Below are positions 13,731 through 24,790 of a DNA stretch of 64,000 bases, one piece after another. This DNA is from Octopus bimaculoides (lineage: Eukaryota), in contig NC_068993.1 in the NCBI RefSeq assembly GCF_001194135.2, forward strand, positions 41,245,926 to 41,309,925, written 5' to 3'. A program made the position numbers and the translations under genes. Position 1 is the first letter of the stretch; every line of letters starts with the position of its first letter. A model generated the notes under the pieces. That model was not told where the DNA came from. It was given only the letters and a program-made list of their open reading frames with translations, and did not search any database.

Positions 13731-13971
13731 ATTTATTTATTTATTTATGTGTTTCAGCCAAGTGGCTGCGGTCATGCTGGTGCACCACCGTGATTTTCAC
13801 GTTCCTCGCATGGCTCTTCTCCCCCACCTGACATGGTCCAATCAAGAGCTTTGATGGCACATCTGGTGTATAAGAGAATTTGACATAGCTGCCCTAAACT
13901 GCGTCTCATTACGAGCCATTGGTTCGTCTGGTACCGTGGAGAGGAAAGTGTCAAGTCTTGTCTTGAAGACC
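13731..13971 (-). mobile_element. Non-LTR retrotransposon (CR1/L2-like) 3' end: ORF2 C-terminus, 3'UTR and (TAAA)n tail; continues into a gap
   Basis: The minus strand encodes VFKTRLDTFLSTVPDEPMARNETQFRAAMSNSLIHQMCHQSS* (stop at 13842). The FK..LD.FL..VPD.P..RAA.SNSL pattern is what I know from APE-type LINE ends. The UTR ends GGCTGAAACAC(ATAA)n. Confidence 0.8.
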
Positions 13972-14362
13972 NNNNNNNNNNNNNNNNNNNNNNNNNNNNN
14001 NNNNNNNNNNNNNNNNNNNNNNNNNNNNNNNNNNNNNNNNNNNNNNNNNNNNNNNNNNNNNNNNNNNNNNNNNNNNNNNNNNNNNNNNNNNNNNNNNNNN
14101 NNNNNNNNNNNNNNNNNNNNNNNNNNNNNNNNNNNNNNNNNNNNNNNNNNNNNNNNNNNNNNNNNNNNNNNNNNNNNNNNNNNNNNNNNNNNNNNNNNNN
14201 NNNNNNNNNNNNNNNNNNNNNNNNNNNNNNNNNNNNNNNNNNNNNNNNNNNNNNNNNNNNNNNNNNNNNNNNNNNNNNNNNNNNNNNNNNNNNNNNNNNN
14301 NNNNNNNNNNNNNNNNNNNNNNNNNNNNNNNNNNNNNNNNNNNNNNNNNNCGTATATATGTG

Positions 14363-14396
<34 letters not shown>

Positions 14397-14401
<5 letters not shown>

Positions 14402-14596
14402 TTGTGTGTCTGTGTTTGTCCCCCAACATCGCTTGACAACCGTAACTTAGCGGTTCGGTAAAAGAGACCGATAGAATAAGTACTGGGCTTACAAAGAATA
14501 AGTCCTGGAGTCGATTTGCTCGACTAAAGGTAGTGCTCCAGCCTGGCCACAGTCAAATGACTGAAACAAGTAAAAGAGTAAAAGAGTAAAAGAGTA
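14397..14596 (+). mobile_element. SINE family A 3' module with (AAAGAGT)3 tail; 5' module probably in the gap
   Basis: TTTGTCCCCCAACATCGCTTGACAACC...GACCGATAGAATAAGTAC...GTGCTCCAG...CAGTCAAATGACTGAAACAAG. A deletion of about 27 bp is seen relative to the other copies. Confidence 0.88.
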
Positions 14597-15340
14597 TATA
14601 TATATATATATATATATATATCTGTCTGTCCGTCTCTCATATATATGTCTGTTTGTCCGCCTCTCTCTCTTTCTCTCTGTATGTATGTATGTATGTGTGT
14701 GTATATGTATGTGTGTCTATGTATGTATATATATGTGTATATGCATGCATGCATATATATACATGTATATATGCATGTGTGTTTGTGTGTGTGTGTTTGT
14801 GTATATTATATGTATGAACGTTCGTATAAAACTGCTGATATACATATTTAATATGAACCGAAACTCCCAATGTAAGCGTTCGGGTTATTTGATGTTTAAG
14901 GATTATTTCACACAGAAAATAACGACCGCGATTGGATTCAAAAGAATATAAATGACAATAAAATGACAATAAAATAAAAATAAAATACAATCATAATGAC
15001 ACTTTGTTCAGACCTATTCTTAGAAATGCACTGTCTCTCTCACGAAAACAAACCAGGCAAGAGAAAATGAAATGAAAACACAAGCAGACGATATGGCGTA
15101 ATGGCCACGAATTCACAAATTCAAGAATATATTTGGGAGTTTCTGATAAATACACTCTAAAGGTTTGTGGGTATGTTTGTCTTTGTGTGTCTGTGTGTGT
15201 TTGCCCGTGCGTGTATGTTTGTGTGTACGTGTGTGTTTGCCCGTGTGTGTGCGTGTGTGTTTGCCCGTGCGCATATGTTTATGTGCGTTTAGTGGGTATC
15301 TACATGAATATGCGTGTTTATGTATGCCTTTTTATTTTTT

Positions 15341-15616
15341 TATTCTTTTACTTGTTTCATTCATTTGACTGCTGCCATGCTGGAGCACCACTTTTAGTCG
15401 AACAAATCGACCTCCAGGACTTATTCTTTATAAGCCTATTCTATCGGTCTCTTTTTTTTACCGAACCGCTAAGTGATGGGGATGTAAACACACCAACGAT
15501 GGTGGAAGGACAAACACAGAAATAAATAACAAAAACACACACACACACACACACATACGACGGACTTCTTTCAGTTTACGTCAACCAAATCCACTCACAA
15601 GGCTTTGGTCGGCCCG
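15341..15616 (-). mobile_element. SINE family A, 5'-truncated
   Basis: 3' module, (CA)n linker and part of the 5' module (CGACGGACTTCTTTCAG...GGTCGGCCCG). Confidence 0.85.
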
Positions 15617-16517
15617 TGAGTCTATCTGTGTGTGTGTGTGTGTGTGGATGTGTGTGTGTGTGTGTGTTTGTGCGTGTGTGTATGTGCATGTATGTTGTGT
15701 GTATTTGTATTCATTACTGATTTTATGAATTGCTCCCTTGCAGTGCGGCTGTGATTGTAAGCTTGTATGTGAATGTATCTATATATAATTGTTTCTATAT
15801 CTATGTACGCGTTCGTGTGTGTATACCTGTGTTTGCATATTGTTTGTGTATTGTATGTGTGTATATATGAACGTGCGCATGTGTGTGTGTGTGTGGCGTG
15901 TTTCATTGCAGTTCATCAGAATGAACAACCCTAAAATAGCGTTCTATTCGGAATTGAGTCATCTCAGTTAATGTTGGGCGAGAGGTCGAAGTTATTACAT
16001 TTTTGAATGTCTCATGGCATATGCAGTAGAAAGCCGCCTTAACTATGGGACGATATTTACACAAGAAGGGACTTTTCTAAGGAATTATGCTGCAGCTGAC
16101 CCGAAGGCAGTAATTAAATTAGTGAAAGCCAAGGAAACCAGAAATAAACACACACACACACACACATACATGCATACATACAGGCATACACGTGTATATG
16201 TATGTGGTGGAAACGGATCTAATCGGTTAACTATAGATTTGTGAGCTTCGGAGGATAATGCCAGTGAAGTGTCAGCTAATTAGATATAATAGGTTAACTG
16301 ACTAAAGGTTGTTTAATTTGTTCAATGGATTGCATAAATACCAGAGCTATATAATTACACATGACAGGTTACACGTTGAATTAATTCAAGTTGGATTTTT
16401 AGAATATTTATCAATGAAAATTTCCCAATCAATGATGATTTTTCAACACGTTCGATCTCTTTCCTTTCTGTTCGTTAAATTTTTAAATGAAGATAGCTGT
16501 GTGTTTTATACATTGAC

Positions 16518-16740
16518 GACGAGTGTGTCCTGAAAAGTTTCTGGCTTTAAGGGTATCGCGAAAAGCCTGGTTTGAGGCCCAACTTTCCAAGTTATTTTAC
16601 AGAGCAAAGAAAAACTGAAGGGACGCTGCAATAAATGTGTGAATCTGAGAGAAGGGTATGTTGAATAAAATCATAATTAACTTATTCTCCTGCTTTTTTG
16701 TTTTCACCCAAAGCCAGGAAAGTTTTAGCGCCCACTCGTA
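16518..16740 (+). mobile_element. mariner-derived MITE (about 223 bp)
   Basis: TIRs (G)ACGAGTGTGTCCTGAAAAGTTTCTGGCTTT and AAAGCCAGGAAAGTTTTAGCGCCCACTCGTA. The interior retains the transposase end KLKGRCNKCVNLREGYVE*. Confidence 0.75.
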
Positions 16741-17777
16741 AATAGACTTCAATTCTTCAACGTTTGCATATTTATCTTTAATTTGTATTGCGTTGTGAGA
16801 TAAATTCGTTCGTTTTTTTCCTACTCATTACGCCATTGTGATATGTCTAAAAAGAGGTAAAATTTATTCAAATCTTAAAAGATGATATGAAAAATTATAG
16901 AGAAAGAATAGAACTACCAAAAACAAGTAAAAAAACATAAAGAACTACGATAAAAAATATTTTTTGTCTCGATTCAAGTAACGATGGAAAGGCTTAAAAT
17001 ACACAGAAAAGTAAAAGGCGAACGAATTTATCTGACAACCTAATACTATCTATTGAGATGTAACTGGCATAAGGTAAATTAGGAATAGGGCTTGTGGCCT
17101 TCATTCTTATCCCTAAGGCCTTTAACAAAGCATTAACGTTAAGTAGTTGCTACTAACCAAACACTGAAACCGGATCGCTTTCTCCTACACTACGCACTCA
17201 CTTTATGTCCATTTGTTAGTCAGCTATCTATTTGAAAAGTCCTTTTGACAAAAACCATCATACACCGAAGCCATAGATGTAAGCTTTCAAAGGCATCTCG
17301 TAGAATTTGATCACCCAATAGATGTTTGTAATGTTTCGAATATTGTTGAGTTTTAACAGAATATCTCCTGGGATGTGTGTGCTAATGGAAAGACCTCTTA
17401 AAATTACGTTTTACACTGTTGATTCGATACCACTGGAAGATTAAACAACGATAAAATAGTTATAAAGAAAATATATAATGGAAACGAAATGGAAAAATAG
17501 ACGGTTTTTACGTTAAAACAACAGCTTATCAATTAACCACTATTCCTGTTTATATGTTTGACACCATCGTCTGTAACGTGCCACTCCATATATGGCACTA
17601 ATGTGAATATGTCATTAATGGTGTGTGACACTAATAATGTATACATTACAATATACTATACACGATACTAATGTATAGAAAACATTAACGTCTCTATTAC
17701 ACTACTCTTAATGTGACACTAATAGAATACTTAGTGAACAAGGATTTTTTAAATTTATTTTTACTTCGGAGGAGTAA

Positions 17778-17935
17778 TGGACAGCGAGCTGGTGGAATCG
17801 ATAGATCGTCCGGAAAATGTGTTTTGTTGTGGCTATCTATGTTCTGAGTTCAAATTCCGTCAAGTGAACTTTGCCTTTCATCCTTATTAGAGTTGTTGAA
17901 AATAAAGTGCCAACCAGACAAGTACTGAGATTCTT
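17778..17935 (+). mobile_element. SINE family B, degenerate
   Basis: CAGCGAGCTGGTGGAATCG...GTTCTGAGTTCAAATTCCG...ACTTTGCCTTTCATCC. Confidence 0.7.
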
Positions 17936-17943
17936 GGTATAGA

Positions 17944-18091
17944 CTGGGCATAGGCAACTATTTTTCGAGAAGTAAGTCATGAGATATGAATTATCATTAG
18001 GCGGGTCGCAGTACAAAAACAATTCAAGTTAAGTTTTCTCGTTGGCCTGCCATTCAGAAAGTCTTGTGGGCCACACTTTGCTCAAGACCTG
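17944..18091. mobile_element. Small hAT-type MITE, degenerate
   Basis: Ends CTGGGCATAGGCAACT and GGGCCACACTTTGCTCAAGACCTG resemble hAT TIRs; GTATAGA occurs on both sides. Confidence 0.4.
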
Positions 18092-18209
18092 TATAGAATA
18101 ATCCTCTTCTCTGAAAATTTCTGGCTTTCATAGTAAAATGGTTCCTGTATTGGGAACCATTTTACTATCAAAATGAAAAAAAAAGGCTTCAATATTCTTA
18201 CTCACCTTC

Positions 18210-18395
18210 AAGGCAGCGAGCTGGCTGAATCATTAGCACGCCGGGCAAAATGCTTAGCGGGATTTCGTCTGTCCTTACGTTCTGAGTTCAAATTCTGCCG
18301 AGGTCGACTTTTCCTCTCATCCTTTTGAGGGTCAATAAAATAAGTACCTGTTGAGCTCTGGGGTTAATGCATTTAGCTAAACCTTTCACTCGAAA
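18210..18395 (+). mobile_element. SINE family B
   Basis: AAGGCAGCGAGCTGGCTGAATCATTAGCACGCCGGGCAAAATGCTTAGCGG...GAGTTCAAATTCTGCCGAGGTCGAC. Confidence 0.85.
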
Positions 18396-19440
18396 CTGCT
18401 GACCTTTTTACTCATCTTCTTTGATGCGTATTAGCTCAGAGTTGTCTTTCTTAGTATCTGCTACTGAGAAGAAATAACGTGTTTGAAATTCATCCATGAG
18501 CCCAATAAGAGGCGCTCTGAGTTGACGATGGTGTTTTAACAACTTTTTGTGCTAAGTGAAAATTTATTTTCTCCACAACGAACTACAGTGGAAAAACCTT
18601 TACAAATATAACTCCAACTTACTTGACCTGGCCTTAAGATTATATTCTTTCCGCCAGAGCTTCTCACACCTACATAGAAACAAATATCTATTTGTTTAAT
18701 TTTCTTTTGATAATAAGTCGAAGCCTAATTATAATCTACAATAATTCTCTAGATGCTTCACTGTTTTCCCAAATTGGCCATTTAAAAACCTAGAATTTTG
18801 TTCAGTTCCATTTATACGAAGAAGCATTGCTGTTACTTAACACTTACAGAAAAAAAGCAAGAAAACGAAAGAATATTTTATGGAGACAATAATTTGTCTT
18901 TTCTTAAAAATAGTTTTTTTAATTTTTTTATCATGGCTATTCTACTTTGGTTCCAATTTCCTTTTTCTGCAGATCAAAAGCACTGCTTTGCGGACATTTA
19001 CTATACTGATATAATTCTCGACATTCGACCGCATTAATCAACTTCTCACTCTCAAAGAAATAAACGATAAACAAAACTATTTGAAACTATATAAAAGAAA
19101 TAAATAATAAATAAAAACAACCCTATCTCTATTTCCTGTTCGAAGCTTCAGATATCCCATCAGAAGACCACGTGACTTTCCTTTTGTTCGATGTTGTACT
19201 TAAATTATGTTGAACAAAAAAAAAATCAAAAAAACAAGAAAACAACAACAGTAGCTGTAACAACAGCAACAATAACAACAATGGCAACGACCACAATAAA
19301 TACAACAGCAATAAAGAGATTATTATATTGTCTTTTCTTCTTGAAGATGTAGCTCATTCACGAAGAACCGAAATAATGCTTTACAATTTCCGTTGTGACA
19401 TATATAACTCATATTCATACCACTGTGTTCATGTATGTGC

Positions 19441-19474
<34 letters not shown>

Positions 19475-19940
19475 NNNNNNNNNNNNNNNNNNNNNNNNNN
19501 NNNNNNNNNNNNNNNNNNNNNNNNNNNNNNNNNNNNNNNNNNNNNNNNNNNNNNNNNNNNNNNNNNNNNNNNNNNNNNNNNNNNNNNNNNNNNNNNNNNN
19601 NNNNNNNNNNNNNNNNNNNNNNNNNNNNNNNNNNNNNNNNNNNNNNNNNNNNNNNNNNNNNNNNNNNNNNNNNNNNNNNNNNNNNNNNNNNNNNNNNNNN
19701 NNNNNNNNNNNNNNNNNNNNNNNNNNNNNNNNNNNNNNNNNNNNNNNNNNNNNNNNNNNNNNNNNNNNNNNNNNNNNNNNNNNNNNNNNNNNNNNNNNNN
19801 NNNNNNNNNNNNNNNNNNNNNNNNNNNNNNNNNNNNNNNNNNNNNNNNNNNNNNNNNNNNNNNNNNNNNTACATATATATATATATATATGTTTATAGAT
19901 GCATACATGTATGTATGTATGTATCTTTAAGCTTCATTTC

Positions 19941-20082
19941 ATCTTTTACCTGTTTCAGTCACTAGATTGCGGCCATGCTGGGGTATCGCTTCAGGCAATA
20001 TGGTCGATCGAATCGACCTCTGTACCTGTTTTTAAGGCTGGTACGTATTTTATCGCTGGCGATTGCAGGAACCGCTAAGTTA
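19941..20082 (-). mobile_element. SINE 3' fragment sharing the family A tail
   Basis: The reverse complement ends CCCCAGCATGGCCGCAATCTAGTGACTGAAACAGGTAAAAGA. Confidence 0.65.
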
Positions 20083-20135
20083 TAAATGACTATTTGTGTA
20101 TGCGTGTGGGCGCGCGTGTAGTGAGATGAACAAAC

Positions 20136-20139
<4 letters not shown>

Positions 20140-20215
<76 letters not shown>

Positions 20216-20228
20216 GAAGAAAGAAAGA
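20140..20228 (+). repeat. (GATA)n-(GA)n-(GAAA)n compound microsatellite
   Basis: Read directly from the sequence. Confidence 0.95.
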
Positions 20229-20919
20229 GCATCATATATCATTCCGGTGTATTGTGAAAAAATGTCAGCTTAACTAATCTTGGTCATGATAGTTTGTTTC
20301 ATCGCAGCCCCATTAAACTAGACTTACGGAAAATGATGACCGCTTTGAACTATACAGCAAATTAGTTAACCGTTAGAATGTTGGACAGAATGCGTCAAGG
20401 TATTGGTTCCGAGACCCTGCAGTCTGAGTTCAAAGCCCAACGAGACCAATTTTGTCTTTTAGTTCTTTCGAAGTGATTTTAAAATAGTACGAAACCAGAT
20501 CAGTGGATTTGGCAGAATTATTAGAAGTGGGCGGCCAAGTTGCTTTGTGCTATTTATTTCTCTTTCTTTTCTGACAGCATCACTAGCACCGACACGGATG
20601 CTAGGATTTTATCAAGATTTTATCAACCTTCTTTGTTTTGCTTTGAGCTTCTCTTGGATAAAAATTAATAGTATGGAGCGATGAGACTTGTATGTTTGAA
20701 AAACTGATTGTCATCCACAATATAAGCCTTACTCGGTCTTGCGTACAAAAATGCAGGTACATGCTAAAGCGTGACACGCGGAAGCGTTAGATCTTGTATT
20801 GAGCGCAGTAATGTAACAAAAACCATCATTAACTATATAATGGCCATAAATTACATTGTTGTCAGTCGTACAAGCATTATGATGCTAATTTACATCAACG
20901 GTCACGAATAAGTGTCTTT

Positions 20920-21130
20920 AAGGCGGCGAACTAGCAGAATCGTTACCACGCCATAGTAAACGCTTAACGGAATGTCTTCTGGCTTTATGCTTCGAGATCA
21001 AATTCTACCAAGGGCGACTTTGGCTTTTATCCTTCAGGGGTTGATAAATACCGCTCAAGTATTGGAGTCAACGTAATCGACTAGTTTCCTCCCTAAAAAT
21101 TTAAGGCCTTGTGCCTGTAGCAGAAGGAAT
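20920..21130 (+). mobile_element. SINE family B
   Basis: AAGGCGGCGAACTAGCAGAATCGTTA head; tail AAGGCCTTGTGCCTGTAGCAGAAGGAATT. Confidence 0.75.
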
Positions 21131-21665
21131 TAATAATTATCTTTGCCATGGATAAATACAAAGCCATTAACAAGAAACGAATCGCCAACATGTCAACTTG
21201 TTGTCCGGAGCTGTAATGAAGCGATCGGCCGGTCGGCTGCAACTCTCCAAACAAAATACGGCCTTGTCTTTATCTTCTCCACTCATTTCCAGTCGTAACA
21301 TTTGTTTCAATGTGACTTCAATGTTCGAGCTGGTCGTTAAAATATTTCTTGGAATTGCTGTATTGGAATTTATCCGAAGATAATTTAATGACTTTCAACA
21401 CAACTTGACACTTATAATTTAGATTGATTATGTAAAAATATTCTCAATGCTAATCACCTTCCGGTTTCAGTATTCATCAATCATTTAGGAAACAATACGT
21501 GTAATGTTGTTGTGAAAGGGAACGGAGATGCTGGGAGTCAACTCGGAAAGCAAGCCCATCTTGTAAAGTTTTGTAATCAACGAAATTTTACAGAAAATTT
21601 CCTTGATTACACTTGTTGCCAAGAAACATCACTAATATTTTATGTATGTACGTATATATATATAT

Positions 21666-22276
21666 AGGAGTGGCTGTGTGGTAAGAAGCTTGCTTCCTAA
21701 CCACATGGTTCCGGGTTCAGTCCCACTGCGTGGCGCTTTAGTCTACTATAGCCTTGGACCGACTAAAACCTTGTGAGTGGATTTGGTTGACGGAAACTTA
21801 AAGAAGCCCTTCGAATATATATATATACACATATAAATATATATATGTATGTATATATGTATGTATGTACGTATGTATATATNNNNNNNNNNNNNNNNNN
21901 NNNNNNNNNNNNNNNNNNNNNNNNNNNNNNNNNNNNNNNNNNNNNNNNNNNNNNNNNNNNNNNNNNNNNNNNNNNNNNNNNNNNNNNNNNNNNNNNNNNN
22001 NNNNNNNNNNNNNNNNNNNNNNNNNNNNNNNNNNNNNNNNNNTATATATATATATATATATGTATGAATGTATTTGTGTGTTTATGTCTGTCCCCCCACT
22101 ATCGGTTTACAACCTATGTTAGTGCATTTACGCCCCCGTCAACTAGCAGTTCGGCAAAAGAGACCGATAAAATAAGTATTAGGCTTACAAAGTATAAGTC
22201 CTGGAGTCGATTTGTTCGACTAAAGGTTGTGCTCCAGCATGGCCGCAATCAGATGACTGAAACAATTAAAAGAATA
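21666..22276 (+). mobile_element. Full SINE family A: 5' module 21666-21813, expanded internal microsatellite plus gap, 3' module 22075-22276
   Basis: A box TGGCTGTGTGG and B box GGTTCAGTCCC; the two modules are collinear with the other copies. Confidence 0.9.
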
Positions 22277-22300
22277 TGTATCCGTGTGTATGTATATGTA

Positions 22301-22632
22301 AAAACTCAACTCCGTCGGTTACGAATGACCATGGGTACACCTATGAGGTTTCCCTCCGGGGTACAAGTCCGGGCATAAAGTTGCGTCGCCGGCGAACGCA
22401 TACCCTAGGGTTATTTTTATGGAAGAGCAGCATTCACTCATGCATACCAGCTTCCCCTCTCCACACTATCAATGTTGTCCAAGGGAAAGTCAAAAGCCAA
22501 GACAGCTTGGCACCAGTGACGTTGCAACTCATTTCTACAGCTCAGTGAACTGGAGCAGCGTGAAATAAAGTGTCTTGGTCAAGAACACAACATGCAGCCC
22601 GGTCCGGGAATCGAACTCACAACCTCACGATC
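22301..22632 (-). mobile_element. tRNA-derived SINE family D, head truncated
   Basis: The reverse complement reads GAGTTCGATTCCCGGACCGGGCTGCATGTTGTGTTCTTGACCAAGACACTTTATTTCACG..., homologous along its length to 34237-34580. Confidence 0.8.
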
Positions 22633-23080
22633 AAATCAAATTCTTGATTGGGAAACCTCCAGACTCAAAAACGTCCACTGTCTGAAAATAACGCAAATCT
22701 GGATTCATCTGAGAAAATCAGTCTATCCCCAAATGAACTGGATTTTTCTGACATCTCCTTAGTCCATTTCTTTCTTTTCATGATATTAATTGGTTGAAGG
22801 AGAGGTTTCTTCTAGCTGCTCGTCCATAATACCCAAGCTTATGCAGATGTGTAACACACGTTCTTGGACTAACTTCTATCTGTTTTGCAATGTCAGACGC
22901 CTTCGAACGGGGTTCGTTTTCCACAATTCTCTTCAAACAGCGAAGCTTCCTTTCCTAGAGCCAGGTCGGCCGGGACGAGAATCTGTTGATTCTTTTCCTT
23001 GGCTTTTGAATTGCACTATAATTCTATTAACAGTAGCAAGATGAATTTGAAGATTTTCGGCAATTTTTCACTGGCTAAGA
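22631..23080 (-). mobile_element. Tc1-family transposase N-terminal half (pseudogene), running into a gap
   Basis: The frameshifted minus translation gives [54 protein letters not shown], then KPLL..KRKKW..LIFSDESRFALFSDSGR..VWR. This is a paired-like HTH followed by the first catalytic D. Confidence 0.85.
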
Positions 23081-23818
23081 NNNNNNNNNNNNNNNNNNNN
23101 NNNNNNNNNNNNNNNNNNNNNNNNNNNNNNNNNNNNNNNNNNNNNNNNNNNNNNNNNNNNNNNNNNNNNNNNNNNNNNNNNNNNNNNNNNNNNNNNNNNN
23201 NNNNNNNNNNNNNNNNNNNNNNNNNNNNNNNNNNNNNNNNNNNNNNNNNNNNNNNNNNNNNNNNNNNNNNNNNNNNNNNNNNNNNNNNNNNNNNNNNNNN
23301 NNNNNNNNNNNNNNNNNNNNNNNNNNNNNNNNNNNNNNNNNNNNNNNNNNNNNNNNNNNNNNNNNNNNNNNNNNNNNNNNNNNNNNNNNNNNNNNNNNNN
23401 NNNNNNNNNNNNNNNNNNNNNNNNNNNNNNNNNNNNNNNNNNNNNNNNNNNNNNNNNNNNNNNNNNNNNNNNNNNNNNNNNNNNNNNNNNNNNNNNNNNN
23501 NNNNNNNNNNNNNNNNNNNNNNNNNNNNNNNNNNNNNNNNNNNNNNNNNNNNNNNNNNNNNNNNNNNNNNNNNNNNNNNNNNNNNNNNNNNNNNNNNNNN
23601 NNNNNNNNNNNNNNNNNNNNNNNNNNNNNNNNNNNNNNNNNNNNNNNNNNNNNNNNNNNNNNNNNNNNNNNNNNNNNNNNNNNNNNNNNNNNNNNNNNNN
23701 NNNNNNNNNNNNNNNNNNNNNNNNNNNNNNNNNNNNNNNNNNNNNNNNNNNNNNNNNNNNNNNNNNNNNNNNNNNNNNNNNNNNNNNNNNNNNNNNNNNN
23801 NNNNNNNNNNNNNNNNNN

Positions 23819-23869
<51 letters not shown>

Positions 23870-24010
23870 TATACAAACAGATAGTGCAAATATACGAATT
23901 TTCTATGATTTTGATGAGATTAACAAATCGAGGTTAACAAATCGTTCATCGATGTTTTTTGTCATTCTTATCGATTATTACATTGGCACAACACAAAAAT
24001 ATAATGTGGG

Positions 24011-24340
24011 GGTTGGATTTCCGTCGTCAGACGACGAGGATTCAGTTTGTTCAGATGACGTATCTGCTCCTGTTTTAACATACATGCAGCTGAACATTCT
24101 ACGGAGAGGTATTTTTCACGTATTGAGAATCAGCATGATATTGTGCGTGAGAAGGATGTGACCTTTTGAAATACAGATAAAATTCACCCGAGGAGCTCTT
24201 AAGCAATTTCCGTCAACTTCGTTTCGTTCAAAAGTTATGGGCCAGCCTGAAGTTATAGAAAATGACATTTGTCCAAGATGTAGCACAGTAAGATCGAACC
24301 GAATTTTCATTGTTGTGAAGCGAATTTCTGCATTGATACA
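24011..24340 (-). mobile_element. Old chimeric SINE: family A head joined to the family C-type tail
   Basis: 24200-24340 aligns by eye to the family A head (GTTATAGAAAATGACATTTGTCCAAGATG vs GCTATAGTAGAAGACACTTGCCCAAGGTG). 24011-24160 aligns to the reverse complement of 9180-9325. Confidence 0.6.
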
Positions 24341-24370
24341 TAATCGAAATAATTCTTTCTCCTTTTGACA

Positions 24371-24563
24371 TAAGGCCAGCATTTTTGAGCAGAGGAAGCA
24401 GGGCGATTATATCGACCCCGATACTTGACTGATACTTATTTTATCGATTACGAAATGATGAAAGATAAAGCTGTCCTCGGCGAGATTTGAACTCAGAACG
24501 GAAGCGGAATATATGTTACTAAGCATCTTTTCCGATGTGCTAACGATTCTGCCAGCTCGCCAC
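24371..24563 (-). mobile_element. SINE family B
   Basis: TTTGAACTCAGAACG...CTAAGCAT...GCTAACGATTCTGCCAGCTCGCC. Confidence 0.8.
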
Positions 24564-24589
24564 ATTATACAATATCATATTAATGTAAT

Positions 24590-24790
24590 AATTCCTTAGA
24601 CTATAGGCACGAGGCCTGAAATTTTGGAGGAGAGAGCTAGATAATTGCATCAACTCCAGTGCTACCGAACCCTAGAAGATGAAAGACGAAGTTGACCTCG
24701 GCTACATTTGAACTCCAGACAAAAAGACGGACGAAATGCTGCTGAGCATTTTGTCTAGCGTGCTAATGCTTGTGCCAGCTCACTGCCTTA
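24590..24790 (-). mobile_element. SINE family B
   Basis: AGGCACGAGGCCTGAAATTTT...GTTGACCTCGG...GCTAATGCTTGTGCCAGCTCACTGCCTTA. Confidence 0.78.

Noticed and set aside
24177-24287. Apparent phase-0 exon IKFTRGALK..CPRCST with AG/GT ends
   Set aside because: It lies inside a decayed minus-strand SINE head.
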